64,000 bases of DNA from Vicugna vicugna (lineage: Eukaryota). The position numbers and the translations under genes are program-made. Positions 26,662 to 39,700 of the stretch are shown piece by piece. The notes under the pieces were generated by a model. That model saw only the letters and a program-made list of their open reading frames with translations. It was not told where the DNA came from and did no database searches. The stretch is taken from the NCBI GenBank assembly GCA_013265495.1, contig MU058065.1, positions 3,389,003 through 3,453,002 of the forward strand, in the 5' to 3' direction. The stretch's first letter is position 1. The number at the start of each line of letters is the position of its first letter.

Positions 26662-27169
26662 TGATACCGAGCAAGATCCTGTGGCCCCCCTCCCCCAACT
26701 CCTGCTTCTTGTTTCTAGAAAAGCTGAAATCTCCCTGTTCGCATGCTAAGTGACACACCCACGGTGCTATGACAGTTACGAAGCTGCCCACAAAAGGCCA
26801 AAAAGTGGGTGAGGCCCAATTCTTAGAAATCCCTGCCCTTTCCCCAAAATAGTTGGAATAATTCTCCTACCTGTTAGCATATGAAACTACCCAGCCCACA
26901 AAAATTAACTGCCCCCACACCTTGTGGCAGATCTCACTCTCCTAGACGATCATGCACTCTGGGGCCACCTCTTGCCCTCTGAGATGGCCCGCACTCTGTC
27001 TATGGAGTGTGCATCTCCCTAAATAAATTTGCTTTCACTTTACTATGGCTTGCTCTTGAATTCTTTCCTGCACGAAGCCAAGGACCCTCACTTGGTGGGG
27101 CACGTCCCAGGGACTCACTGGAGTCCCTGGGACGTGACCATCCTCACGTGCCCCCATCTTCCTGCAACA
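26662..27169 (+). mobile_element. ERV1 solo LTR (MER41-like)
   Basis: TG...CA ends, AATAAA at ~27022, and U5 motif GAATTCTTTCCTGCACGAAGCCAAGGACCC. Homologous to the LTR at 27374. No clear TSD. Confidence 0.75.
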
Positions 27170-27373
27170 CTCTGAAATAAGCTTCTCATACGGTTCTCGG
27201 GAAATAATTTAATATTTAAACTCCAGTTGAAGTACAAAGATAAACAATAAAATGATCTAAATACATACTTAAGGAAGTGGTTAAAAATTTTAAGTTACAT
27301 AATAAACTATAATACAACTATTAAATCACATAATTAAAGAATATTCAGTGACGTGAAGAAATGCTCATGATAT

Positions 27374-28038
27374 TGAGACAGGAGGGAAGGAGACAGGGCA
27401 GAGCCATTCAAAGAATGACAGCAATTAACACCAAATTGGTGGAAGATTTAACTCCCAGTAGGCCTTGAGGATCAAGACTGGCAGGATATTTGATTTCCAG
27501 TAGACCTTGAGCCTCATTATATGCCCATTGTAATATATTAGCATGACAAATAACATGCCCACAGGCCTCATGACAGTTCCAAGGCTGACCATAAAAGTTC
27601 AAAGAGTGGGTTGTGGCCCAATTCCTGGGACTCTCAGCCCCTTCCCCAGGGTAGTTGAAATGGTCCCCTACTTGGTGTGGCCTGTAAAGCTACCGAGCCC
27701 ATAAAAACTGGCAACACCATGCCCTGTGGCCTCACTTGCTCTCTTCTGAGAGGTCTCCAGAGACGGCCCGCACTCCGTCCATGAAGTGTGTATCTACTGC
27801 TCAAACCTGAGCACCCAACCCATACACCTCTTGGCCTTTCTCTTGCCTCCTGAAACAGCCTCACTCTATGAAGTATGTATCTCTCTAAATAAATCTATCT
27901 TTACTCAACTGTGGCATGATCTTGAGTTCTTTCCTGCATGAAGCCAAGGATCCACACTTGGTAGGACACGTCCCAGGGGCTCAACTAAGACCTGAGACAC
28001 GGCTCTCCTCTTGCCCCACGTTCATTTCCCTTCTATCA
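27374..28038 (+). mobile_element. ERV1 solo LTR (MER41-like) with 4-bp TSD
   Basis: TGAGACAGG...CTATCA ends, TSD ATAT at 27370-27373 and 28039-28042, AATAAA at ~27888, and TTCTTTCCTGCATGAAGCCAAGGA. Confidence 0.85.
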
Positions 28039-30589
28039 ATATAAGTGGAAAAAGCTGATCCCAATATTATATGTACATGTTGATAACTTAAATATTCTAT
28101 ATTTTCATAGAAATAAAAGGAAGTGATACTCTAAAACATTAGTATTTTCCTCTGGGTTGCAAAATTATGACAGGATTTTGTTTTCTTCTTTACACTTTTG
28201 GCCCCTTCCACTTTTTCTAACATAACTATGTATTCCTTTAATAGTTAAAAAGCATAAAAATTAAATTTCAAAATATTTGATACATTCCTAGTCGAAAAAA
28301 AAAATCAAAAGATCAAAACTCAGAAAGGAGAAGAAAACCAACCGACTTCTAACAGAGCCTTTCACTGGTCGTGCTTGTAACAAAATCTTCGATGTTCTAT
28401 TTCAGGGCCACATTTTAAGTCACCTTTCAGGAGGGAGTGATTTTTTTTTGAACTGCAAAAAAAAAAAAGCTCACCTCCACCCTCTCACCACCAATTAAGC
28501 CCTGGCCTCTCAACGGCCAACATTTCACCCCCAGGAGCCTTCTTGCTCACCATCAACCCCTCTTCCTCCTACCCAGAAGGAGTCCCTGCTTTGATGGGCT
28601 GTTTCCCATAAAATTCTATGAGAACAAAAGTTTTTTGCCACTTGGGAAAATCAAAACATACCCGGAGATGACACTGAGGACATTTCTCTTGCAGGCATGA
28701 TGACCAAATACAGGGCATGAACAAAAGCAAGAATTAATCCGGGGTTTTGTATTGTTTCATTTTGTTTTATTTAAACAGTAAATTTCTGCCAGTAAATTTC
28801 TGGAGGACTTCAGGGAATATTCAAAATTGCTCAAGGAAACCATTGCTCCCCTTCCCAAGATTCCCAGCCCCGCCCTCAAGATCACAAGTCATTAACTCCT
28901 TTCCCTTCCTTCCACCCTGGCCCACGCCTGAGGGTTTTTTCTTTGTTTTAAAAACACTTTGCTAATTAGTCCACACAGTGTCTGAAGCAAGAGTGAGGGG
29001 AAAAAATATGAATCACAGTCTTGACTGGATTTTTCAATACCTCATTTTCTTAGTATGCAGAAAGTAGCTCACCACACAAGCAGAATTATAAAGACCAGTG
29101 GATGCTCCAATTTTAGCATTTCTATAGATTTCTAACACAGATAGGAGCATTCTAAATGTGTTGCCAGGAAACAGTGACAGCATTTTCTTCCAGGAAAATT
29201 GTGTGCCAAGTAAAATGCAAGAAGAATGACTTTGCTCAAGACATAATTCTTACCAGGGCAACAGAGAATTTAATCATTAACTGTAACAGAAGTGAAAGTG
29301 CATTTATTAAAATTTCAAAGTTTTAACATCTTAATTCTAAGTCAAAAAAAGTTAAAATTAGATTAGGCTTGCTGTCAACAGCTTTTTTAAAACAGTGATT
29401 TAATCACATTTAAAAAGTTGACGGCTGTTTCACTATCACCAGCTTTTCTCAAAACCTGAATTTCCTTCACGGCGTCCAACAGAAAAAAGGAAACCAAAAA
29501 AAAAAAAAGTTATTCATTAATCAAAACCATCATCAGTTTCCTGGATAAAAAAGGAAGGAGCAAACACTGAAAAAAACATTAAGTTAAAAGAAGACACAGC
29601 CAGACAAAGTGGTCAGGGATAAAATGATCTCCGTTGTGACAGGAGAGAGCAAGTGATGACATTTCTGCCAAGATAGGAAAGGTTGAGTTTAGCACACCCT
29701 TACATGCTCCATCCAACACGGAGTGTTAAGTACCTGTCATGTTCCAGGCACATGTTAGACCCTGGGATGCACAGGTGTGGAAGAGAAATCTGTTCCTGCT
29801 CCCCAGCCCTGCTATTCCCAACTACAAGAAAATGCTAGAAATAAAGATCTAATTGCAATTTGATGCAAGACTTCAGAGCAGTAGAGACCAGCACATTCTG
29901 GCTGCAAGGGACAGCCACTCAGTTTGTTGCATAATTTATTAGAGGTAAAGAAATATGCCAGCAGCCACAGAGCCTGTCCCCCTTCCTGAGTGTCACCCTG
30001 AACCATCCTGAGAGTCCACAGTCCCTCCAGCACCGCCACCCTTTGCAGTGGAGTCTGTCGCTCAAGACTTGGCTTCTTTCTCCACTCAGAGTTTTTCCTT
30101 CTGCTTTTGCCCATCGCTGTGGACTTTCTGCCCTCCTCCCTACTGTAGGCATCTGCTTTCTCTTTCTCAGGGGTTCTGTTTAGGACCTCTGCTTTCTCTC
30201 TGAAGTCCATCACCACTCTACCATTCGGTTCCTATGCCGGGGTCTTCCATTCAGACTCCTTAAGGGAGAAACCTGGGTGGCTTTGTTAGTCACCCTGTGT
30301 TATGCAGCATCCCAATTAGCTGAAGTGCCCACATGGGGACATTTCACAAGATGTTGACCAGGCTGCCTTTGATTCAAGGGCTGATCTGCAATCCAACCAG
30401 CTTCTAGGCACAACAGTGGGGTCCCATGATTCAAAACGTGGCAACCTATGTTAAGAAACCACTTGTGGTCTTTCCTCCTAAGGCACTGTGGGTGAAGGAG
30501 ACACTCTAAGTATCACCAAAACCCAAAAATAGATACTGAGGTTTGATTTCATGTTAGTCCCATGCCTGCTACTGTTTAAACATAACATC

Positions 30590-30765
30590 ACCATTTCTTA
30601 AATACTTCAGCACCAGGCTCCCTCAGGACCCAAACACGGGCATGGCCATTCAATCCCACATTCTTTCCCATTAAGCACAGTGACGCCCCCAGAACCTTTC
30701 TGATCACCATGTCCGAGTTGAAAATTCTACTTTGGCACATGGGATGAAACCAATTTGCCATCCCA
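30590..30765 (-). mobile_element. MER102-like hAT element fragment
   Basis: Ends TTGGCACATGGGATGAAACCAATTTGCCATCCC, resembling the reverse MER102 terminus. Confidence 0.5.
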
Positions 30766-31274
30766 CGTCTATAGGATGAAGTCCAGATTCTGCAGAAAGC
30801 CTGAAGCTCAACCCTCCCAGCCAGTGAAATCACACCCATTTCTTCACACAGCAAGGGCTGGATATTCTCCATTTGTTCTTCCAGGCCTACCCTCTGTATT
30901 TCTCCAGGGAGGCTAACCTTCACAGACTGCATCAACCAGGCTTCCAAGCCCCCTGGCTCCTGACTGTATTTGGCCGAAGTGAGGCATGTACAGAATAAGC
31001 CTGAGATCTATTTCCCCTTCTCCTCCTGTCTGACTGTGACTGTTTCTCTATTAAAGGCCTCAGCTCCTGTCAGGGGCCTCTGTCTGACAGCCAAGCTCTC
31101 ATAGGGCCCGGGGTTACTGGAACGCTATCCCCTCCCATTGCTTTTTTAGGCTGAAGTTGTTACTCCAAGATGCTTCATCCTCCCGTGCTGATTCCCGACC
31201 CCCACCACCACCCGTCTATACCTTTGTAAATGATCCTATCTTTGAACTTCCTTCAATGACCCATCTCCCCTTTA

Positions 31275-31630
31275 AATTTTTTTTTTACTATAGACTTTAT
31301 TTTTTAGATAACTTTTCAACTTACAGAAAAATTTAGAACATAGTACAAAGAGCTCTCCTATATTCCCCATCCTTCCTGTACACGCTGCAGCCTGTTTCCT
31401 CGTCTTTAACATCTTACTAGTTTGAAACATTAGTTACAATACTCATGCATAACTTTTAACTAAGGTCTACACTTTATTCAGACCTTCTTAGTTTTTGCTG
31501 AATGTCCTCTTGTCCGTTCTAGGGCCCCATGCAAGACACCACAATTACATTTAGCCATCATCTCCCCTTAGGCGCCTCTTGGCTATGACAGTTTCTCAGA
31601 CTTGTGATTGATGACCTTGACAGATTTTAA
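31275..31630 (-). mobile_element. Old L1 (L1MC/MD-like) 3' end
   Basis: TAGACTTTATTTTTTAGATAAC...TTACAGAAAAATT...CAGTTTCTCAGACTT...GATGACCTTGACAG. Confidence 0.75.
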
Positions 31631-32849
31631 CTTGTTCTTATTCCTCCCTTCTGCCTCATTTTAAAAACAAGTCAAGAGGGAAGGAGAGTGGTCTCAAACT
31701 CATCTAAAAGTTACTGGATGTCATGTGGGATACTGAAGGAGCAACAAAGGGAGAAAAAAAAATATTATAGAGGAAGATTTCTCTGGAGTGGAACCCACCA
31801 CCCACCCCCATCCTCAAATAAATCCAACAATTGAATGCCCATAATATTCCATTCCACATGGAAGTCAAGTTTTTTTTTTAATTTCTCACTTACTAGACCT
31901 AGAAATCTACACATAAATAAATCCCCACTTCCTGTCACCAAAACTTCTAGGAAGAAATAAACATGGTTTCCTCTATGCCCCCTCCCCTCCAAAGAGCTGG
32001 AATTAATCCATTGCTTTGGTTTTCATTTGCCACACTTTCTACCTCCCCTGAGGAAAGGGCAGGTTCTGTGGGGGCCCAGGCTATATCTGCTGTAGAGAGC
32101 CTTCCCTCCCAGGGGGGACCCCTGCGCCCTGGCAGACAGCATCTCTGGCAAGTTAGCATCTGCAGCCCGTGTGGTCCCTCCCGCCTGGAGTCCCTGTGCA
32201 CTGCGACAACAATCTGGCTGCTCCCAGGCCGCAGTGGGTTGTATAACCACGCTCTGAACGCCTAGAGGAGAGCGCGGTGAACTTCCCTCCTCACAGCATG
32301 TTAAAAGTCACTGATGCCAGTTAACAAGAGACCCACCAGGCAAGAAGGACCCAAGACTCTGGGGGAGGGAGAGAGCGAAACGCTGCCTGGACATCATCAG
32401 CGGTAGGGGGTGGAGTTTGTCAATTTCTCCAGCAGCAATATTTAAACCCGAAGTCCTGTCCTTAGAGCTGGCATTGCAGGACGGTACAGAGCACGCTGAG
32501 TCCTGCTGCGCTCCTTTGGTGAGAATCAAAGAAAGGGGGATGGGGCTGAAGCTCAGAATCCTGGAGGGTGAAGGGGTTCTCAGAATCTCTCTCCAGCGAA
32601 GCCTCTCGTGAAAATGCCAAGGACATTTCCGCTCGTCTTTTCAATTATGTAACTCCTACACATTTGGGAGAATCTACATCAACATGAATTTAATTACTTA
32701 TGAAGGTAGACAGTCTCTCAATCTACCGCATTCAAAGCTCTGGGTGCAGCTGAAGTCTTAATAGACCTGAATGCCACCTGGCAACGTTCGAGGATGTCAT
32801 CTTAGGGATTGGACCCCCAGCCCCCTCCCTGGTACACACAGCACTGGGA

Positions 32850-33680
32850 GCTGTGTTGCCCCCGGGGGTGGGGCCACCCGCCCCCGCCGTCTCGGGGGGA
32901 TCCGCGCACGCCCATCCCCGCGCGGCAGACTCGCCTGGACCCGCAAGTCCGCAGGCTGCACCCTCCCCCCACCCCTGAGAACACCTGGCCCACGGTTGGT
33001 TACCTGTGGGGCCGCGACTCTCCGCAGCCCATTGGCCGGCCCCCCGGTGCCCTTGTGGTTGGCTGCGAGATGCTCGAGCCCCAGCGTCCGCGCCGAGCCC
33101 TCCGCGGGGCCCAAGGCGTTCTCGCCGGGGCCTTCATCCGGCGCCGGGAAAAGCCCGCAACGACGCTGGAAGCGGGCAACGAGCTGAGAATCCTGCAGGC
33201 TCCGCAGCAGCTCGGCCATGGTGCACCCGGGGCTGTGCGCAGCCGCTGCCGCCGCCACCTGGTGCACTCTGCTCGGCCGTCCCTCCTGCCCTAGCCTCAC
33301 CGGGCCCGGCGCTCGGGGTGGAGGGCGGGCGGGCGGGGCCCGGGGCGCCAGCCAACAGGTGCGCCGCTCGGGTCCTAGCGCCCGCCCTCCGTGCGCGGGC
33401 GCCCAGGTGTTTGCCTCCACCTTGAGCCCGGCACGCCCGCCCTCCTTTCCTTCCCAGCGGGCCTAGGCGGGCTCGGGTGGTTGCTGGCGTCCGGCCCGCT
33501 TGGAACTGAGCGAAAGAGTACAGGTATCTACACTGCGCCTCCCTACGCCTGATCGCGCCTCCACCTCTCCCGGCTGGTGCAGAAATGCCACCTAATGGGG
33601 AGCGGCCAAGCTCGTGTGGACCTGCGCGAGTCCATCCTGGCGTGCGCCGGCTGATCCCGTTTCTTTTAACTCTTCAGCCC
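32850..33680. promoter_or_regulatory. CpG island / GC-rich promoter and 5'UTR of SGPP2
   Basis: Dense CpG and very high GC against an AT-rich, CpG-depleted background. Overlapping GC boxes (GGGCGG) at ~33323-33338 and no obvious TATA box. Confidence 0.85.
33004..33219 (-). CDS. SGPP2: SGPP2 coding exon 1 (sphingosine-1-phosphate phosphatase 2, N-terminal 72 aa, phase-0 intron follows)
   Basis: Translation MAELLRSLQDSQLVARFQRRCGLFPAPDEGPGENALGPAEGSARTLGLEHLAANHKGTGGPANGLRRVAAPQ matches the recalled mammalian SGPP2 N-terminus. ATG at 33219 is in a strong Kozak context (GCACCATGG), and the exon ends at the donor CAG|GTAACC (33004/33003). Confidence 0.95.
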
Positions 33681-33770
33681 AAAGTGAGGTCGGATTTCTC
33701 CTCCAGCTCCCCGCACCCAGCCTGTAGTCCTGCCTTAGCCCACTTCTGGCAGGTAGAGTGAGCTCCCTAA

Positions 33771-33781
33771 GGAAAATTCCC
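33771..33781 (-). promoter_or_regulatory. NF-kB-like site GGGAATTTTCC upstream of SGPP2
   Basis: Plus strand reads GGAAAATTCCC, ~550 bp upstream of the ATG. Motif match only. Confidence 0.35.
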
Positions 33782-36700
33782 AAGTTATTGCCAAGTCTGA
33801 GTGATGCAACGTCCCTACACAGGCCCGAACTTCCCCGCCCTTGCTCAAGAATCGAGCACGTTCGAAGTGGACCCTGAGTCATCCTGCGCGTCCCTGCCCT
33901 GCCCTTGTGATTTGGCACCTGGGGAACACTTTGGGTGGAGAGGAAAAGAGATTCTTTTCTTGGTTTTCCGCGTTAAGGAAGGTGGTGCTTGCCCCTCCCT
34001 CCTACTTTTTTCCCCCGCTCTGCCTCTAGACCTTTAGACCGGAAGGGAATAAGGTATTAAAGGACTGGGAAGAGGAGTTAACTTCTCATCTCCCCTGCTC
34101 CCGCTTTAGGGATCTCAGCGGAACAGCAGAGAAACCATCCTGCTGGTCGCCATCGGTTTTCCCTCCTCCCTTCTGAATCTTCTAAGGCACGGAGATAGGA
34201 GATCGGAGACTGGAGTGAGGGTCTCTGCACTTCCTCACGGGGAGTGAAAGGCAACAGTCAAATTAGGCCCAGCCGAGCACCTGCAATGAAAGTGCAATTC
34301 AGTCCTTCTGTCTTCAGTTTGCTGCCAAAGGCTGAGCTTTTCCTGGTAGCCAGTGCAAAGCCTGCTAAGTATTCTGTTGCACAAAGGCTATGGAGGAACA
34401 CCTGCCACAATCTTGGTTATCCAGTTGTTAGTTTAGGCCAGGAAGTTGTTGGGGTGTAACGCTCAAGGATGACTTGGTTTCCCCCATGCCTGAGTTTCCA
34501 CTGTCCCTCTCAGTCCTGTCTGGGGAGCAAGATCAAGGTGGCTGAGAGAGTAAAGAAATTCTTGGGAAATACCATTTTCTACTTAACTTACAGAAGAAGC
34601 ACAGAGCTGCTGTCACAATTAAGTGGTAGTCCTGGAATTAGAAGGCTCAACTCACCAATGCTGCTGTCATTTACAGCCACTGGCACCAAACACTATAATT
34701 TGGTTTTAAAAGCTTGAATTGTAGTGGTTTAGGATCTAGTCTTTTAATGTGTCGAAGAAATATGTTCTCCCATGAAGATACTTGACTGACGTATCTCCCA
34801 AATTCGATGCTTCAATTTTCCGTTCTCCCAATTAGGAAAAAGACGCAAAGACAAACAGGGCATGTGGAGCATAAGACCTAAAAAAGTGCATATTCAGACA
34901 ATGTGTTTTATTGCCTTGGAAGATCAGGTACTGTCTCCAGCTTCCAGTGGCTTGTGATATCACTGTGTGCCTCAGTTTCCTCCTGCGATGAAAGAGATTG
35001 GAGTGATACTGCCACAAGCCAAGGACCGCCACACAACAGCCTTATAAGAAAGACAAGAAGTGAGGATTATCGTTTCATCACCGAGAAACCATTAGGAGGC
35101 CAGCCTGCCTGGAGAGGCTTGAGTGCAGGGATTGACTTAGGAGAGGTAGACAAAGCAAGATCAGGTTGGGCCATGTGGGCTGTAATAAGGAGTAATGCTC
35201 TCACTTTAGAGATAAGAAAACTGAGACTCAGAGATAGGAAACTTGCCCAAAGCCATACGACTAAGTGGCAGGAGGATTAAACCAGGGCTATGTGATTCCA
35301 AAGCTTATTCTAATACTAAATTGCATTGTATTCCTGGAATTCATCTTTACTCTTCACTTTTGTATTGAAAAGTATTCCCAGAGGGTAGCAAGTGCTCAAT
35401 AAATACTTACTCAGTGACCGTTGTTCTAGGCTAAGAGTAAAACCTCAGGGTTTTTAGAACCCCTGGAGTTTATGACTTATTTGCAAATTGTTGCATGTGA
35501 ATTCTACAACCTTCGGAGGCAAGTGGTTTTATTTCCATTTTATGGAGGAGAAAACTACGGCTCAGAGGTGTAAAGTGATTTTTCCCAAAGTTTCAAAATA
35601 TATTAGATACTCTTTCCAGGGTCTGCCATCTCACACTGCTCTTAAGAGAGAATTTTCTTCCTCTTCCTCCACTGTCCACCCAGGGGATGGGAAAGGGATG
35701 GGAGAGGAGACTGGCAGCCCCGTTTGAGAAATATGACCCGGCTCCTTGGCCAGAGCTTATTGGCCCTGGGCTGGACACCACTTGACCAAGTTTGGGTTCA
35801 TCAAATGCTTTCTCTTTGGGAATTTGGATTCATAAACCCCAGTCAGTATCTGTTGAACTAGAGAGAAGAACATTCAAAAACTGAAAACCACATTGTGGGG
35901 CAGACAACTCTGCTGGGTGCCAGGAAGAAGGCAATAAAGCAGATGTAAAGAGAACTCAGGTGAGGCAAGCGGCTGACCCCTGAGAGACAGCTCCACAAGG
36001 CCTGGCCCCGGTCATTGTGAGGGTCCTCCTGCCCTGGGTTCCTGAACTCCTCCCAAATCCTTGGTAACAAATCCCCCATTTCTGTTCCTTGTTGCCTGAA
36101 GAGGCCTAAATCAGGCCTCAGGAATTGGCAGAACATAGAAGCTGAGCAGCTTCCCGCCTTCATGTCCCAGTCAAGGGTTTACCAAAGCCCTGCCCACCTC
36201 GATGCTGGGGGCTGCTTCTTGCTGCCATGGGAACTACCAGTTCCTACCCTCTACCCCAGCCCCTTAGGTTGGAGAGCGCTGCAGAGTCCCAGCTCCCTAA
36301 GAGATTCTGGAACACAATGAATCTATTGATAATATTTCACCTCATGGTGAATCAAATTGCTTCCTGGGCTTTGCTGGAAATCTAGTCACTTTATGTGGGT
36401 AAGGCATTCTGGGATACGAGCAAACGTTTGGCACACAACCTTTTCAGAATTTGGAAACGATACAAGAATTTGGTTACTGGCAGTCTTTTTAACTGTTAAT
36501 TTATATCTTTACATATATGTTACGTAAAGTACCTGAAGATTAATAGCTTTAGCAGATTAGAGACATATTTGCTGACAAATTGATCAGTCCTAGGCTCCAC
36601 AGACTATTCAGACCACTGAGATTTTGAAATGTAAAGCATAGAATGCATCTTGTATTTTTCAGGGTGCAAACCCTTTCTTCTCTTACACTAATGAAAAACA

Positions 36701-39700
36701 TTTTTTTTTCTATTTAGACATTTTCAATAAATGATCAAACATAAATTCTTTTCCTGGGGAGGGGCACCTTTCAAACTGGGAGAAATTTCAGCTTAAAACC
36801 TTGCTTTAAAAGAAAACAGTTACAGGTGCTGTTCCTACACATGGGGGGGGATAGAAAGAGGGAAAGCAGTACGAAGAAAGACTAGGAGCCTTGAACTTCC
36901 CCTGCAGCAAGATCAGGGAATGGTCCAGTTTGCATGCTCTCACAACCATGAATATTGTTTAAGAGCTGATTTCAGCTAGGACTTAACCTAGTTGAATCAA
37001 ACCATATGAGACAAAATTGTTTTCTCCCGTGAGTTTTGATGGATTTTGGCCACTTTATGGGGAACATTGCGGAGTTCAGCATGCTCTACCTAACTGAATA
37101 ACTTACGGGAAGGGAGATATCTTATGCCAACCAATTTTAAGTCAGTCTTCTTTGTTTGGCTTATGCTTTGATAGAACATCAAACATCTAATAGGGAAAAG
37201 GGAACAATTTCTTCTAATTCCATCAAGCTTGCATTGGGTTAGACAAGCTCATATGCAGAGTGCCCCAATTTAAGACAAAGAAAATATATTTGACTGTTCA
37301 CAAGTGGTCTATTAGGGATGGTCATTTTTATTCTCAAAGAATATTCTCTATTAATATCACTCATTTTTGAGTCCTTTCCAATAATCAGTCTCCTGGACAC
37401 TTTTATAATATGATTCAACTTACAAATTCAGCCAACATAGCACTTTCCAAGACCAGGTTTATTTATGGAGATCTGGGTAAAACTTCACCACTTAGTTATC
37501 AAAATTTTAAAACTTCATTTGCTTCAGAATCAGCTTCCAAATCTAAGTGAAACATTTTTGGTTATGCTTCATGCATATATTAAATTCATGAATCAGCTAC
37601 AAGCTAAAGGTAGTTATTCATCTCCAATACGTGTTCTCATAAACAAAGCAAGTCCCAGAATAATGTGGTGCAATAGGTGTAACATGTTGCTACTTATGTT
37701 CAAGATGTTAAAATACACATTTGTACGTGTGTGTGCACACATGCAAAAGAATAGAAAAAGATTTGGGGTAAAACCACCAATTTGCTAACAGTAGCTCCCT
37801 CCTGGTGTGGGATGGTAGCCAAGGGGAACTTTCGGTTTTTACTCTGTATCCTGGGATTTGTTTGAATTTTTCCCAGATGTATTACTTTTTGCAATTTTAA
37901 AAGATTTATTGTTCTTTTAAAACTCTTCTAACTGGTCAGGCTTGGTTAGTGGGAGAAGCAGGTTTTTAAAATGCTTATATAAAAAGGATTACTGTGAGTA
38001 ATTACACCAAGAGACCACAACCATCAAAATTTGGCCATGAGCCACCAGATATTACAAGCATGTCTCTCTCACAAAGTTAACAATACCCTTGTTAAACTCA
38101 CCTGATATAAATTAAAAGAAAAACTTAAGCATCTGGTCTAGGGGCTTTTGAGGTTTCCATTCAGTGATTTAATAAGTTATCTTGTTATAGTGAGAAGGTC
38201 AGTGGTCTGTGAGGGGTGCAGCTTGGAGGCTGCTGGACAAGGGCTGGAGCCCCATGGGGTCTTGGGGTTTTTTCATTATTGAGGGCAGGTTAATAAAGGT
38301 CCTTTCAGCTGAAGCCTCTGTATCTCTCACTGCTATTTACAGTGGGAAGATGATGAATCTGTAACTGGCCCGAGCACACACTATACTTCCTATCCATCAG
38401 GGCTGCCAATACAGGTTCTCTGAATCAGTGCTACCCCATGGCTTCAGCTGAGCCATCAGCATCCCTTCAGTAGAGAAGCTCCCTGAGCACAGTCTACAGG
38501 CTAAAGTCAAAGCTATTGATACATAGGAACTGACATCCAGAGCAGAAGCTTCAGAGTCTGGTTCACTCCACAATCTTAAAAATGGAATGAATTGCCAACC
38601 TTCAAACATCAGATCATTTTATGTAAAATATAGATTTCTATCTTCCCTTTAAAAACTGGAAACTCTGATATCACTGGGCCAAGATTCACTGTAGCCCTGC
38701 TTACCTGGGCTGAATATTTCCTGCTCTCTCTAGGCAGGGCATTATTCTGGGGTTTTTCCCCAGTTCACCCCACTCTGGATTATTTTATATCCTTCCTCCA
38801 TTGCTCGTTTCATTGCCAGCTTGGTCCCTGAAGCATGTGGGATTACTTCCACTGCATTTAAAACAAGGAAGGCCAACGCAGTTCGTTAGCAATGCTGTCC
38901 ACTGGAATCCCATCTCGCAATGTTAGACACAGTAAGAAGTCACAGTCCCTCACCTCGAGGAGTCCAGGATGCAGTGGAGGAGACAGGATAGGTATTCGCA
39001 ACATTAAATCTAGTCGTAAGTTTGGCTTGCAAGTCTTCTTGCCTTCCTTAGCATAGTTAGCGACTGTCCATAAATGATCCTGTGTTTTAATTTCCTTGAA
39101 TATGTTTAATTTTCAACCATCCTGACATTTGTAGCAATTCTCTCAAGGGTATGTTTACACGTTGGCGATTTTAATAGGGATATGTTGTCTTGCTTAAGTA
39201 ACAAATACGTATCTCCCCAGAAGAATAATTAACAAAATGTTAATTTATAATTTTGCTCATGGTGCTTTCTCATTGCTAATTACCTCCTCTCTCACCAATA
39301 CTGCCTTTTTCTATTACCAGTACTGTTGGAGGCAGAATGATCTGGTAGTGTGGATTTCAGAGTCAGGAATGCCAGGTTCAGTTCCAGGTCTCTTTAAGTC
39401 CTTAGACAATTCTTTTTTCTTCTTTGAGCCCAATACCATCTGTGAAATGGGGATAATATCATTCCACACCCTGCTTTTCTTGAAGAGTCATTTCATGAAG
39501 TTAATGAGATGCTTGTTTCTTCCTTGTTTTAATTGTAATAAAATTTCCTCCAGACCCCTTAATGTTTTTTACATCATCAGACATAGCTTACCCTACATCA
39601 TTTGGTTAATTCATTCTATGAAGTGAGATTAAAAAGCTCTTTTGGAATACCACAAGACTCTGCTTAATGCTAACATTTGTGGTCAGTGTGTAGCGAGCAG

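Larger units (their letters stand above)
1..33003 (-). other. SGPP2: SGPP2 intron 1 (partial; continues beyond window start)
   Basis: Begins with GT donor at 33003. No sequence encoding the expected exon 2 (AYVQKYVVKNYFYYYLF...) was recognised downstream. The region is repeat-rich. Confidence 0.8.

Noticed and set aside
26662..28038. A deleted provirus (5' LTR + internal + 3' LTR)
   Set aside because: The LTRs differ in 5' sequence and length, the second has its own ATAT TSD, and the spacer looks like old L1/AT-rich host DNA with no PBS recognised.
32797..33420. 207-aa ORF as a full protein or an N-terminally extended SGPP2
   Set aside because: It starts at a GTG, and only residues 68-139 match SGPP2. 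The remainder is GC-rich 5'UTR and intron read-through past a good donor site.
32771..33466. Several overlapping plus-strand ORFs across the CpG island
   Set aside because: Pro/Arg/Gly/Ala-rich frames are expected from stop-codon scarcity in high-GC DNA, and I see no recognisable homology.
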